Origin: Lachnospiraceae bacterium
GTDB lineage: Archaea; Thermoplasmatota; Thermoplasmata; Methanomassiliicoccales; Methanomethylophilaceae
Direction of reading: 5' to 3'
DNA: 49,541 nt
NCBI GenBank assembly: GCA_963637895.1
Contig: CAVHQB010000001.1
Span: forward strand, 1-49,541
Both the position numbers and the translations under genes were made by a program. Below, in pieces: positions 9,525 to 19,331 of the stretch; position 1 is the stretch's first letter, and every line of letters begins with the position of its first letter. The notes under the pieces were generated by a model. It did not search any database and was not told the origin of the DNA. It was given only the letters and a program-made list of their open reading frames with translations.

Positions 9525-10742
9525 TCACTCCTTGGGCTCTTCCTTCTTGGGCGCGGTGACCTCGAGGAGGACCTGGGACAGGTCCATGACCTTGATGTTG
9601 GAGCCGATCTTCTTGGCTCCCTGGGTGAGGTTCAGCACGCAGAAGGGGCAGCAGGTGATCAGGATCTCGGCGCCGGTGGCCTCCGCGTCCCTTATCCTCT
9701 CGGCTGCGATGGCGGTGGCGAAGTCGTTGAACTGGCTCTTGTATCCTCCGCCTGCTCCGCAGCACCTGGAGTTCTCCCTGGACCTCTCCATCTCGATGAG
9801 CTCCAGGCCCTTGATCTTCTTCATGACGTTCCTGGGAGCGTCGAAGACGCCGGAGTGCCTTCCGAGGTGGCAGGGGTCGTGGTAGGTGACCTTGTGGTTG
9901 AACTCGTTGTTCAGCGGGAGCTTCCTGTCGGCGATGAGCTGCTCGACGTACTGGGAGAAGTGGTAGACGTTCTGCCCGACCTTGGCGTAGTACTTCCCGA
10001 AGTCGGAGGAGACGGTCTTGTAGCATCCGGAGCAGGTCATGACCATGTCCTTGGCGCCCATTCCGTCGGCCTTCTCGACGACGGTCTCGGCGCATCCCAG
10101 GGAGGCGGTCTTGTTACCGGTCCTCAGCAGGGGCGAGGAGCAGCACCACTCTTTGTCGCCGAGGCAGTTCATCTTGACGCCGGCCCTGGAGAGCACGGTG
10201 ACTCCGGCCTGGGCGATGTGCTGCATCCTGTAGGATCCGGTGCATCCGGCGAAGAAGATCACATCGGGCACCTTGGCGCGCTCGACATCAGCGGGCCACC
10301 AGGCGTCCCTCTTGGAGGGGGGCTCGCCGTAGGGGTTGTGGACCTTGCTGACGTTCTTCTTCATACCCTTGTGGGCGGAGAGGGGTCCGGCGCCGTTCTG
10401 GACGATCCAGGCCCTCATGTCCTCCCAGAAGTCGACCAGGTGGATCTTGGCGTGGCAGACGACCTCGCAGTTCCCGCATCCGGTGCACTTGTACATGGCG
10501 TCGACGAACTCGGGGTTCAGGGAGACCTCCCTGTTGAGCAGCTTGTCGAGGGCCCCGCTGCCGGCCTTGTCCAGCTGGTTGATGTAGTAGATCTTTCCCC
10601 TGGGGGTCACGGACTCCCAAGGGGTCTGGTTGTGCGCCTCGCACACCTCGATGCAGTATCCGCACTGCAGGCATGCTGTCAGGACCTTCTGGACACGGGG
10701 CAGTTTGATGAACTCGGGTTTCTTGACTGAAATCTCTACCAT
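9525..10742 (-). CDS. hdrD: HdrD-like Fe-S protein (2x[4Fe-4S] + two CCG domains)
   Basis: CLQCGYCIEVC, CTGCGNCEVVC, FFAGC, EWCC, TYHDPCHLGRH, RCCGAGGG, TCCPFC; GGAGG before MVEISV. Confidence 0.8.
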   Translation of the reverse strand: MVEISVKKPEFIKLPRVQKVLTACLQCGYCIEVCEAHNQTPWESVTPRGKIYYINQLDKAGSGALDKLLNREVSLNPEFVDAMYKCTGCGNCEVVCHAKIHLVDFWEDMRAWIVQNGAGPLSAHKGMKKNVSKVHNPYGEPPSKRDAWWPADVERAKVPDVIFFAGCTGSYRMQHIAQAGVTVLSRAGVKMNCLGDKEWCCSSPLLRTGNKTASLGCAETVVEKADGMGAKDMVMTCSGCYKTVSSDFGKYYAKVGQNVYHFSQYVEQLIADRKLPLNNEFNHKVTYHDPCHLGRHSGVFDAPRNVMKKIKGLELIEMERSRENSRCCGAGGGYKSQFNDFATAIAAERIRDAEATGAEILITCCPFCVLNLTQGAKKIGSNIKVMDLSQVLLEVTAPKKEEPKE

Positions 10743-10889
10743 GATGCCGTCCTCCGACGTTGCGCGGCCTCCGACGGGCCGCATATGCTGGTTGCCACTG
10801 TTCGGGGGTATATAACCGTTCCAGGGGCCCGGTGCCCTTTATGACGCGCCTTCGGGCCCGGATAATGAGAATGAATGAGATTATCAACG

Positions 10890-12101
10890 ATGACCGCGAT
10901 GGCCCCGTCCATGGATCCTCCTAAGGTCTATGATGATTGGACAGGGAACATCGTCAACGGAGCGGACGTCAGGAGCCTGGACCCCGGAGCGGTCAAGGCC
11001 GTGAGGGCGTCGTTCTCCGAGCGCTTCCCGGACCGGGCGGAGGACGCGAGGGTGTGGGACGACCAGACCTTCCTGTCCCGTGCAGGCGTGTTCAAGCGCG
11101 GGAAGGTCACGGTGGCAGCGATGATCCTCCTCGGGAAGCAGGGGGACGGATTCCTCCCTCCATCGGTCGGGATAAGGTGGAGGCTGTACGGGACCGACGG
11201 AGACCTCCAGGACTCGCGCATGCTGGACGGGCCCGCAGTGCTCTCGATGAACAGGGCCGTGTCCATGGTCTGCAACTGGACCGTGAAGACCGGGAGGGGG
11301 GATGCGGTGTCCGCGTACCGCACATCGACCCTGCTGGAAGCCGTCCGCAACGCCGTGGCCCATCAGGACTACTCCTTGGGCGGGACGGTGGAGCTCATCG
11401 AGAAGGAAGGCGAGTCGGTCACCGTCGTGAGCAGAGGCAGGTTCCCGGACAGGCCTCCCGAGTCATTCGTCAAGGGGCCTCCGATGTCCGGCACCAAGAG
11501 GAACGCGTTCCTGGTGTCGGCCATGGCCGGGCTGGGGATCGTGCCCGCATCGTCCAGCGGGATACGCTCGATGTACCTCTCCCAGGCGTACCGCAGGTTC
11601 CCGATGCCCGATTTCGACATCTGCGACGACAGGGTGGCCGTCAGGTTCTCCGGGCTCAGAGGGGGGTCGTACGCCAGGGTGCTGGACCTGAGGGACGACC
11701 TCGACATCGCCGCGGTGATGGACCTGGACCGGATAGCGAAGAACAGGTACGTGCCGGACAGGAGGCTGAAGGCCCTCGCCCGCCGCGGGCTCGTCGAGAT
11801 GATCGGGGACCTTCCGTGCATAGCGTCCGGCGCGGGGCAGGAGGTGGCCTCCGCGTACACTTCGGGGACCCCTCAGGACGCGGTCATGGATCTGATGGCC
11901 ACGAAGGGCTGGGTTTCCAGGTCGGACGTGGCCGAGGTGCTGGCGTCCAGGGACTCCAAGGACCTGACCGAGGAGCAGCTCAGGGTGAAGGCGACGAACC
12001 TCCTGCAGACCATGAGGAAGCAGGGCCTGATCGAGAAGGCGGACGGGAGCACGCGCTCCGCGAGATATGTTCCGAGATCGGACAGCAACGGGTCAGAATG
12101 A
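10890..12101 (+). CDS. HATPase_c_4 (RecG C-terminal-like) + wHTH protein, with no N-terminal AlbA_2 domain
   Basis: DDWTGNIV, VTVAAMILLGK, LLEAVRNAVAHQDY, RNAFLVSAMAGLG, RRFPMPDF; C-terminal NLLQTMRKQGLIEK. Start uncertain (10875/10890/10911). Confidence 0.75.
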   Translation: MTAMAPSMDPPKVYDDWTGNIVNGADVRSLDPGAVKAVRASFSERFPDRAEDARVWDDQTFLSRAGVFKRGKVTVAAMILLGKQGDGFLPPSVGIRWRLYGTDGDLQDSRMLDGPAVLSMNRAVSMVCNWTVKTGRGDAVSAYRTSTLLEAVRNAVAHQDYSLGGTVELIEKEGESVTVVSRGRFPDRPPESFVKGPPMSGTKRNAFLVSAMAGLGIVPASSSGIRSMYLSQAYRRFPMPDFDICDDRVAVRFSGLRGGSYARVLDLRDDLDIAAVMDLDRIAKNRYVPDRRLKALARRGLVEMIGDLPCIASGAGQEVASAYTSGTPQDAVMDLMATKGWVSRSDVAEVLASRDSKDLTEEQLRVKATNLLQTMRKQGLIEKADGSTRSARYVPRSDSNGSE

Positions 12102-12108
12102 TGATGAG

Positions 12109-12182
12109 TGGGCCCTGCCGGATTTGAACCGACGGCCATCTGGTTATGAGCCAGACGCTCTACCTGTCTAAGCTAAGAGCCC
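12109..12182 (-). tRNA. tRNA with CAT anticodon, most likely tRNA-Ile2 (agmatidine type)
   Basis: Cloverleaf GGGCTCTTAGCTTAG...CTGGCT-CAT-AACCAG...GTTCAAATC...GGGCCCA. The GGGC start and lack of intron match archaeal Ile2 rather than initiator or elongator Met. Confidence 0.85.
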
Positions 12183-12258
12183 GATGGGTCCCCCTATACG
12201 GGAACGTATTAAAAATCTATCGGATGAGACGATACGATACAGGGATTTGAAGAAGAGA

Positions 12259-12334
12259 TGGCGCCGCCACACGGATTTGAACCGAGGACCTTGTGATTAA
12301 CAGTCACACGCTCTACCTGCTGAGCTACGGCGGC
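12259..12334 (-). tRNA. tRNA-Asn(GTT) with encoded CCA
   Basis: GCCGCCGTAGCTCAG...GTGACT-GTT-AATCAC...GTTCAAATC...GGCGGCGCCA; TTTTATAT box ~25 nt upstream. Confidence 0.95.
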
Positions 12335-12402
12335 TTATTGAGTGAGCGATTGGAGATTTCATATAAAAGATTTTCTGGATGGAACTCTCTCGATCGCGGC
12401 CG

Positions 12403-12780
12403 TCAGGCTCGGTTCTTGCCTTTGGACGACTTCTTCTTCGATTTCTTGCCGGATTTCTTGGGCTTCTCCGCCTTCTCAGGCTCGCTCTCGCCGATGACGG
12501 GCTCGGTGCCGTACAGCGTGCAGCGGGCCCTGTAGAGATGCTCCGCCACGGCCTCGCCCTGAGGAGTCAGCTCGTAGACCTTCATCAGCCTGGTCCCGGA
12601 CTCGAGGTGCTTGGTCATGAGGCCGAGCTCCGTCAGAGCATCCGCTGTGGCCAGGACCGTCTTGTAGTTCTTGGCGATCCTCAGGAGATCGGTCGCCATG
12701 ATCCTCTTCTGCTCGTACACCAGCGACAGTATGTCGGCAGCATAGCGTTTCGACAGCGGAGACTGATAGTCTGTTTCCAT
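12403..12780 (-). CDS. Winged-helix DNA-binding protein with Lys-rich tail
   Basis: ADALTELGLM...KVYELTPQGEAVAEHL wHTH pattern; tail KPKKSGKKSKKKSSKGK. Confidence 0.7.
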   Translation of the reverse strand: METDYQSPLSKRYAADILSLVYEQKRIMATDLLRIAKNYKTVLATADALTELGLMTKHLESGTRLMKVYELTPQGEAVAEHLYRARCTLYGTEPVIGESEPEKAEKPKKSGKKSKKKSSKGKNRA

Positions 12781-13260
12781 CAGACCGAATCAGAAACTGT
12801 CAGTATTTAGGCATTGCAGATTTCTCTTCGTAAGGGCACAGGATTTCCAGAGAGGGCATGTCACTGAGAAGCATATCATCATCCTGCGAGCCCCGATCGC
12901 GGTCCGCCAGTCTGCGTTTCCCGATTTCGAATTCGTGTCTACAGTGTAGACCAATTGAGCTGATGTTCAAGTGTCATTCCGATGAGCAGGTCCAGGTCTT
13001 GTGAAAAGAGGGAATCCTGTGCTGCCCTGGCAATCAGAGGGCTGTATAGCTCGTCGAGCTTCATTGTCAGTGGACAGGCTTGTTCCAACCAGGATATGAG
13101 TTGCCCGATCCGATACATGCTCCAAATCGGCATGTATAAGTCTGGGTTGTCAAACATGATTTATGTCTGAATCAGGACAACGTGTCTAGAAATTGCAGAA
13201 ATTGTTCACGACTCTTTATTACGCCATCCAGAGCCTATACTACAGCTTTGGTTTGGTATC

Positions 13261-14748
13261 ATGAACAGGAAAGTTACGGCAGTTGCGATAGCCGTCATAG
13301 TTCTGGCATGCGCGTTCGTCGCAGTATCGCAGCTGGACAAGGACAAGGGGAACAAGCTCGTAGTCGAGACCAGCCCCTACTTCGCTCCCTATGAGTACAT
13401 GCTCGGGACGGAGTTCACAGGCATCGACATGGACATCATGCGCGCCATCGGCGATGACCTCGGGTACGAGATGGAGTTCAGGCAGAACGACTTCGACTCG
13501 ATCATCCTCTCGGTGCAGCAGGGGAAGTGCGATGTCGGCGCCTCGGGATTCACGATAAGCGAGACGAGGAAGCAGCAGGTGGACTTCTCCGATCCCTATG
13601 CGGTCAACTGGCAGGTGGTCGTCGTCAAGGCGGACTCCTCGATCAGCACTCTGGACGACATCATGGGGAAGAGGATCTCGGTGCAGACCGGGACCACCGG
13701 GGCGACCCTCGCCAAGGATTACAGTGACAACATCATCTACCAGAAGGCGTTCATGCAGGCGGTAATGGACGTCCAGAACGGGAAGGCGGACTGCGAGATC
13801 GTGGATTCGGCGGTCGCGCAGGCCCAGGTGAAGGCCAACCCGAGCCTGAAGGTCCTCGACATCCTGGACGCTAAGGCCGAATCCTTCGGATTCATCTTCT
13901 CAAAGAAGAACACGGCGCTCCGCGACGAGTTCAACGAGGCCCTGAAGAGGCTGGATGAGAACGGGACCTTGGAGGCCATCACCAGCTACTACGCCGAGCA
14001 CGGATACAGCACCGACACCCCGTCCTACTACGATCAGGACGGCGGCGGCTCCAGCACCACCGGCAACAGCTTCTGGGACAGGTTCAAGAAGGACTTCCTG
14101 GACAACGAGCGCTACTCCTACATCTTCGAGGGTCTGAAGAACACGATCCTCATCACGATCGTGGCGCTGATCATCGGGCTCATAATCGGAGCGCTCGTCG
14201 CCATGGTCAGGAGCACCCACGACCAGACCGGCCGGTTCTTCGTCTGCGACAAGATATGCAGGCTCTACATCACCGTGATACGCGGGACGCCTGTGATGGT
14301 CCAGCTGCTCATCATCTACTATGTGGTGTTCGCGTCCGTCAACCTCAACCAGATCCTCATAGCCGGGGCGGCATTCGGACTGAACTCCGGAGCCTATGTG
14401 GCCGAGGTCTTCAGGTCGGGGATCAACTCTGTGCCCAAGGGGCAGATGGAAGCATGCAGGAGCCTTGGGATGAACAACAGCCAGTCGATGAAGAAGGTCA
14501 TCATGCCCCAGGCGCTCAGGAACATCCTGCCCGCGCTGGGGAACGAGGGGATCTCCCTGCTGAAGGAGACCTCCGTCGCAGGGTACATCGGAGTCCTGGA
14601 CCTGACCCGTGCAGGGGACATCATCAGAGGCCAGACCTACGATGCGCTGCTCCCGCTGCTGGTCATCGCCCTGATATACCTGGCGATCGTCCTGGTGCTG
14701 TCTTACCTCGTCAAGAGGATGGAGAGGAGGCTGAACAATGCCTATTGA
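13261..14748 (+). CDS. Polar amino acid ABC transporter, fused substrate-binding + permease
   Basis: N-terminal anchor, SBP_bac_3 motifs (FAPYEY, GIDMDI, VDFSDPY), permease motifs [23 protein letters not shown]. Confidence 0.92.
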   Translation: MNRKVTAVAIAVIVLACAFVAVSQLDKDKGNKLVVETSPYFAPYEYMLGTEFTGIDMDIMRAIGDDLGYEMEFRQNDFDSIILSVQQGKCDVGASGFTISETRKQQVDFSDPYAVNWQVVVVKADSSISTLDDIMGKRISVQTGTTGATLAKDYSDNIIYQKAFMQAVMDVQNGKADCEIVDSAVAQAQVKANPSLKVLDILDAKAESFGFIFSKKNTALRDEFNEALKRLDENGTLEAITSYYAEHGYSTDTPSYYDQDGGGSSTTGNSFWDRFKKDFLDNERYSYIFEGLKNTILITIVALIIGLIIGALVAMVRSTHDQTGRFFVCDKICRLYITVIRGTPVMVQLLIIYYVVFASVNLNQILIAGAAFGLNSGAYVAEVFRSGINSVPKGQMEACRSLGMNNSQSMKKVIMPQALRNILPALGNEGISLLKETSVAGYIGVLDLTRAGDIIRGQTYDALLPLLVIALIYLAIVLVLSYLVKRMERRLNNAY

Positions 14749-15541
14749 TGGAGATGTGCTGATTCAGATATCCGGCCTCTGCAAGTCGTTCGGCGACAAC
14801 GAGGTGCTCAAGAACATCGACCTGGAGGTCAGGAAGGGGGAGGTGATCTCGATCATCGGGCCCTCCGGATGCGGGAAGTCCACTCTTCTCCGTTCGATCA
14901 ACCTCCTGGAGACGCCCACGGACGGCTCCATAGTGTTCGAGGGGAAGGACATAACGGAGATCGGCAGGAGCGAGAAGAACAGCCTGGGAGCCAGGATCGT
15001 GTCGGCGCTCAGGCCCAAGCCGACGGCCGAGCTGGACCTCCTCCGCAGGAGGATAGGCATGGTGTTCCAGGGGTTCAACCTCTTCCCGAACATGACCGTC
15101 AAGGACAACATCATGCTCACGCCGGTCCTGCTGGGGACCATGTCCGAGGCCGAGGCGTCCGCCAAGGCGGACGAGCTCCTCAAGAGGATAGGCCTCGCCG
15201 ACAAGGCTGACCAATATCCGTCAAGGCTGTCGGGAGGGCAGCAGCAGCGCGTGGCGATAGCCAGGTCGCTGGCCATGAACCCCGATGTGATGCTCTTCGA
15301 CGAGCCCACCTCCGCCCTGGACCCGGAGATGGTCGGGGAGGTCCTGAGCATCATCAAGGACCTGGCCGAGTCCGGGATGACCATGCTCATCGTCACCCAC
15401 GAGATGGGCTTCGCCAGAGAGGTGTCCGACCGCGTGATCTTCCTCTCCGAGGGCAGGATCGCCGAGGAGGGCTCCCCCGAAGAGGTATTCGGGAATCCCC
15501 GCAGCCCCCGTCTCATAGACTTCCTCTCGAAGGTGCTCTGA
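14738..15541 (+). CDS. glnQ: Polar amino acid ABC transporter ATP-binding subunit
   Basis: [36 protein letters not shown]. Confidence 0.92.
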   Translation: MPIDGDVLIQISGLCKSFGDNEVLKNIDLEVRKGEVISIIGPSGCGKSTLLRSINLLETPTDGSIVFEGKDITEIGRSEKNSLGARIVSALRPKPTAELDLLRRRIGMVFQGFNLFPNMTVKDNIMLTPVLLGTMSEAEASAKADELLKRIGLADKADQYPSRLSGGQQQRVAIARSLAMNPDVMLFDEPTSALDPEMVGEVLSIIKDLAESGMTMLIVTHEMGFAREVSDRVIFLSEGRIAEEGSPEEVFGNPRSPRLIDFLSKVL

Positions 15542-15654
15542 GAGAAAACAGGGGGACTCCCATCCCCCTTTCCATGTTTCTACTACCTTGCTCCAGTACG
15601 GGCGCGCAATGCACGCGTATTAATAACGGGTGCCCGATAGAGAGGACGGTCCAA

Positions 15655-16896
15655 ATGATCGTGGATGTGAAGTACGGCAAAGACGGGATCCAGAAGACGG
15701 ACATCCCTGACAGGAACTACATCGGGACGTTCTATCCCAAAGATGTCGAATGCGGAGACCCCGACGAGGTCATCGGAGCGGCGATAGACGATCCCATAGG
15801 CTACGCCTCTCTGGACGCCTTCCTCGAAGGCGGGAAGGACATAGTGTTCATCGTCAACGACGGTACCCGCCCCACGCCCACCGCGAAGGTCCTGGACGCC
15901 CTGTCCAAGAGGATGGACCTCAGGTCCGCCAGGTACCTCGTCGCCACAGGCACCCACAGGGACATGACCCCCGAGGAGTACGACTTCGTGTTCGGCTCCC
16001 ACTACGCGGAGCTCAAGGACCGCATCATCTGCCACGACGCCAAGAACTCCGAGTGCGTCAACCTCGGCACGTCGAAGAACGGCACGCCGATGGAGGTCAA
16101 CAAGGTCGCCGTCGACGCGGACAGGCTCGTCATAATCACATCCGTGGAGCCCCACTACTTCGCAGGGTACACCGGCGGGAGGAAGTCCTTCCTGCCCGGA
16201 GTCGCCTCGTTCAGGACCGTCGAGGCCAACCACAAGCTCGCCATGAGCAAGGAGGCCCAGTCCCTCGTGCTGGAGGGCAACCCCGTCCACGAGGACATGA
16301 TGGACGCCCTGGAGGTCGTCAAGGGCAAGGAGATCTTCTCGATCCAGATGGTCCTCGACAGGCATCAGCACATCTACAAGGTCGCCGCAGGCGCCCTGAA
16401 CCCCGCTTTCGACAGGGCAGTCGGATGGGCCAACGAGGTCTTCTCCGTCCCCATACCCGAGAAGGCGGACGTCGTCATCTCCGTGGCCCCGTACCCCATG
16501 GACGTGGACCTCTACCAGTCCCAGAAGGCGCTCGACAACGGGAAGTGGGCGCTGAAGGAGGGCGGGAAGATAATCATGGTCTCGAAGTGCAGGGAGGGGA
16601 TCGGCCATGCGACCTTCCTCCAGCAGCTCTCCACGTCGAAGGACCCGGAGAAGGTGCTCGAGAACCTCAAGGCCGAGTACAAGCTCGGCTACCACAAGGC
16701 CGCCAAGATGGCCGAGATCGCCACATGGGCCTCCATATGGGCCGTGACCGATCTGGACCCCAAGCTCCTGGAGGATGCCAACATAACCCCGTTCCCCTCT
16801 GTGGGCGAGGCGGTGTCCGAGGCGCTGGCGGAGAACCCGGACGCGAGGGTGATGGTCCTGATGGACGGCAGCGTCACAATCCCAAGGCTGGTGTGA
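15655..16896 (+). CDS. larA: Nickel-pincer lactate racemase family protein
   Basis: VNDGTRPTP, ATGTHR, EPHYFAGYTGGRKSFLPG, DLYQSQKA. Confidence 0.88.
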   Translation: MIVDVKYGKDGIQKTDIPDRNYIGTFYPKDVECGDPDEVIGAAIDDPIGYASLDAFLEGGKDIVFIVNDGTRPTPTAKVLDALSKRMDLRSARYLVATGTHRDMTPEEYDFVFGSHYAELKDRIICHDAKNSECVNLGTSKNGTPMEVNKVAVDADRLVIITSVEPHYFAGYTGGRKSFLPGVASFRTVEANHKLAMSKEAQSLVLEGNPVHEDMMDALEVVKGKEIFSIQMVLDRHQHIYKVAAGALNPAFDRAVGWANEVFSVPIPEKADVVISVAPYPMDVDLYQSQKALDNGKWALKEGGKIIMVSKCREGIGHATFLQQLSTSKDPEKVLENLKAEYKLGYHKAAKMAEIATWASIWAVTDLDPKLLEDANITPFPSVGEAVSEALAENPDARVMVLMDGSVTIPRLV

Positions 16897-16898
16897 AT

Positions 16899-17993
16899 AT
16901 GTCGGAATTCGTAACAGACAGGCTCGAGAAGGTCAGGAACGCGGTCAACTGCTGCACCATGTGCGGCTTCTGCAAGAGCGTCTGCCCTTCGTTCAAATCG
17001 ATCGGATGGGACTCCGCGCTCTCCAGAGGGCGCATCGTGCTTTCCTACGGTCTCCTCATCGGGGACCTGCAGCCGGACGAGTCCCTGGTCAGGAACATGT
17101 ACACGTGCACCACATGCGCGGACTGCGTCCGCAGGTGCCCCTCCAAGGTCGACATCGTCGACATCATCGAGGACTGCCGTGCCGACCTCGTGAAGGCCGG
17201 ATGCATCCTCCCCAAGCACAAGGCCATGTGCGAGAACATCCTGGCCGACGGCAACCCCTTCGCCGAGAAGTCCTCCCGCAGGGACGCTCTGGGCAGGGTC
17301 CCGCACAAGGCGAAGGTCGGATACTACGCCGGATGCACGGCCACCTTCAGGTCCAAGGCCACCGCCAAAGCGACCCTGTCCATCCTGGACAAGCTGGGCG
17401 AGGACTACACCACCGTCGACGAGACCTGCTGCGGGTCCGTCATGCAGAGGGTGGGATGGCCCCAGGAGGACGTCACCGAGCTCATGAAGCGCAACGTCGA
17501 GGCCATCAAGTCCCTCGGAGTGGAGACCCTTGTGCTCTCCTGCGCCGGATGCTACAGGATGTTCAAGATCGAGTACCCCAAGTACGTGGACGTGCCCTTC
17601 GAGGTCCTCCACATCACCGAGTACCTGGCCAAGAAGGACCTGAAGCTGAAGCCCATGTCCGGAGTCGCCACATACCACGACCCCTGCCACCTGGGCAGGC
17701 ACTGCGGAGTCTACGACGCCCCCAGGGAGGTCATCGCCAAGATCCCGGGCCTGGAGTTCAGGGAGATGGAGTACAGCGGGAAGACCAGCCACTGCTGCGG
17801 AGGCGGCGGAGGAGTGAGGTCCGCGTACCCCGAGGCGTCCATGGACATCGCGTCCACCAGGCTGGACGAGGCGAGCTTCGCCGACATGATAATCACGACC
17901 TGCCCGTTCTGCGTCAACAACCTGGATGCCGCCAAGGGCGACAGGAAGATCGTGGTCAGGGACCTCGTCGAGATCGTAGACGAGCTTTTATGA
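16899..17993 (+). CDS. Second HdrD/GlcF-like Fe-S CCG-domain protein
   Basis: CTMCGFCKSVCP, CTTCADCVRRCP, ETCCG, TYHDPCHLGRH, HCCGGGGG, TTCPFC; starts 2 nt after the larA stop. Confidence 0.85.
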   Translation: MSEFVTDRLEKVRNAVNCCTMCGFCKSVCPSFKSIGWDSALSRGRIVLSYGLLIGDLQPDESLVRNMYTCTTCADCVRRCPSKVDIVDIIEDCRADLVKAGCILPKHKAMCENILADGNPFAEKSSRRDALGRVPHKAKVGYYAGCTATFRSKATAKATLSILDKLGEDYTTVDETCCGSVMQRVGWPQEDVTELMKRNVEAIKSLGVETLVLSCAGCYRMFKIEYPKYVDVPFEVLHITEYLAKKDLKLKPMSGVATYHDPCHLGRHCGVYDAPREVIAKIPGLEFREMEYSGKTSHCCGGGGGVRSAYPEASMDIASTRLDEASFADMIITTCPFCVNNLDAAKGDRKIVVRDLVEIVDELL

Positions 17994-18784
17994 AACATTT
18001 CAGCCCCAGGGGCTCCCCCGAGAGGGGGCCCCTCATCATGGGCATCCTGAACGTCACCCCCGATTCCTTCTCAGACGGGGGGCTGTGGACGGATCCGGAG
18101 ACGGCCCTGAAGCATGCTTTCGACATGGTGGACCAAGGCGCAGACATCATCGACATCGGCGCGGAGTCCACGCGCCCCGGCTCGGCCCCCGTGTCCGCCG
18201 AGGAGGAGATCTCCAGGCTCAGGCCGGTCCTGAAGGAGCTGGTCCCGTCCATCGATGTGCCCGTGTCCGTGGACACGCTCAAGACGCCCGTCGCCGAGGA
18301 GTGCCTCTCGCTGGGGGCCGATATCGTGAACGATGTCAACGGCCTCCGCGCCGATGGGATGGCGGAGGCATGCGCCGCTGCTGATGCATACGTTGTCATA
18401 ATGCACATGAGGGGCACGCAGGCCACCATGCACGACGGCACTATGGGAGAAGGCTTCGCACAGGAGATACAGGGCTTCCTCAGGGCGCAGACCGAGAAGG
18501 CCCTGGATGCCGGCATCTCCCGCGACAGGATAATCCTGGACCCGGGGATCGGCTTCGGGAAGACCGTGGAGCAGAACGTCTGGATCCTGGAGCACAGCAG
18601 CTTCTTCTCGGACGGGTACCCGGTATTGTCCGGGTCGTCCCGCAAGAGGTTCGTCAAGGCCACCTATCCCGGCACCGATGTCGATGAGGCATCGGCGGAC
18701 GCTGCGCTGAGAGCTTGCAGGTCGGGCGCGGACATCGTCCGCGTGCACAACGTGGCGGCGACGGCGGCGAAGGTCAGGAAGTGA
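17990..18784 (+). CDS. folP: Dihydropteroate synthase
   Basis: MGILNVTPDSFSDGG, DIGAESTRPG, DPGIGFGK, SRKRF, RVHNV; ATGA overlap. Confidence 0.93.
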   Translation: MKHFSPRGSPERGPLIMGILNVTPDSFSDGGLWTDPETALKHAFDMVDQGADIIDIGAESTRPGSAPVSAEEEISRLRPVLKELVPSIDVPVSVDTLKTPVAEECLSLGADIVNDVNGLRADGMAEACAAADAYVVIMHMRGTQATMHDGTMGEGFAQEIQGFLRAQTEKALDAGISRDRIILDPGIGFGKTVEQNVWILEHSSFFSDGYPVLSGSSRKRFVKATYPGTDVDEASADAALRACRSGADIVRVHNVAATAAKVRK

Positions 18785-18977
18785 GGACCTTCACGGCCAG
18801 GATCGCGATTATCACGATCACTGCGGATGCATAGAACAGCACATCCCGTCTCTTCTCCTTCTTCTCCCTCTCGGTCTCCGCGTTCCTGCAAGCGTCGTTG
18901 CAGTATTCCTCGCCGAACGGCACGGGGTCGCCGCAGTACTTGCAGTGCGAATGATCGGGGAGCCTCACAGTGGCCAT
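18774..18977 (-). CDS. DUF2116-like Zn-ribbon membrane protein
   Basis: PDHSHCKYCG...YCNDAC followed by one TM helix. Confidence 0.8.
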   Translation of the reverse strand: MATVRLPDHSHCKYCGDPVPFGEEYCNDACRNAETEREKKEKRRDVLFYASAVIVIIAILAVKVLTS

Positions 18978-19079
18978 GCTGCCCCATATCTAGATATATT
19001 ATAATTAAAGGGTGGCTGGCCCGCTTATAATCTTGTAACGTGTGTATCCATCGCCGCACCTTAGCGGCAGGATGGAAGA

Positions 19080-19331
19080 ATGGTGAGATTCACTTTGTTC
19101 TGCAGATCGAAGGGTAAGGACATGAAGATGGAGTTCCCGAAGGACGACGCGATCCGCGAGCTGGACGGCGTGATAACCGACTACTACGGGAACGGGTTCA
19201 TACTCAGGAACGGCTACTCCAAGCTGGCATCGGGCCTGACCGTCGGCGAATGCATCTCCGAAGGGGACAGGGTCGAGGTCATCCCGGACCCGGAAACGTA
19301 TTTCGCCATGGAGCCGATGAGGAGGCCATGA
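19080..19331 (+). CDS. Small protein, probable beta-grasp (ubiquitin/YukD-like) fold
   Basis: Pattern bb-a-bb-a-b ending LTVGECISEGDRVEVIPDPE; own TATA (TTATAA ~19025); fold is inferred. Confidence 0.55.
   Translation: MVRFTLFCRSKGKDMKMEFPKDDAIRELDGVITDYYGNGFILRNGYSKLASGLTVGECISEGDRVEVIPDPETYFAMEPMRRP

Noticed and set aside
6812..10730. Long antisense ORFs (6812..8110, 8423..9559, 9423..10730; likewise 33406..35088, 40223..41530, 44801..46432)
   Set aside because: They mirror well-supported genes and are expected from high GC3 codon bias.
12109..12182. tRNA-Met call
   Set aside because: It lacks the initiator A1-U72 pair and resembles archaeal Ile2 in the acceptor stem and D-arm.
12259..12334. 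tRNA-Asn pseudogene because of a T:T mismatch in the T-stem
   Set aside because: A single mismatch with all other elements, encoded CCA and a promoter intact.
12879..13157. Pyrrolysine read-through of the TAG at 12939-12941
   Set aside because: It adds only 19 residues before TGA, and the ORF has atypical codons and no recognisable motif.
15750..17993. 747-aa ORF (and 16961..18784) as fusion proteins
   Set aside because: The N-terminal parts are Arg/Gly-rich off-frame reads of upstream genes; real starts are 16899 and 17990.
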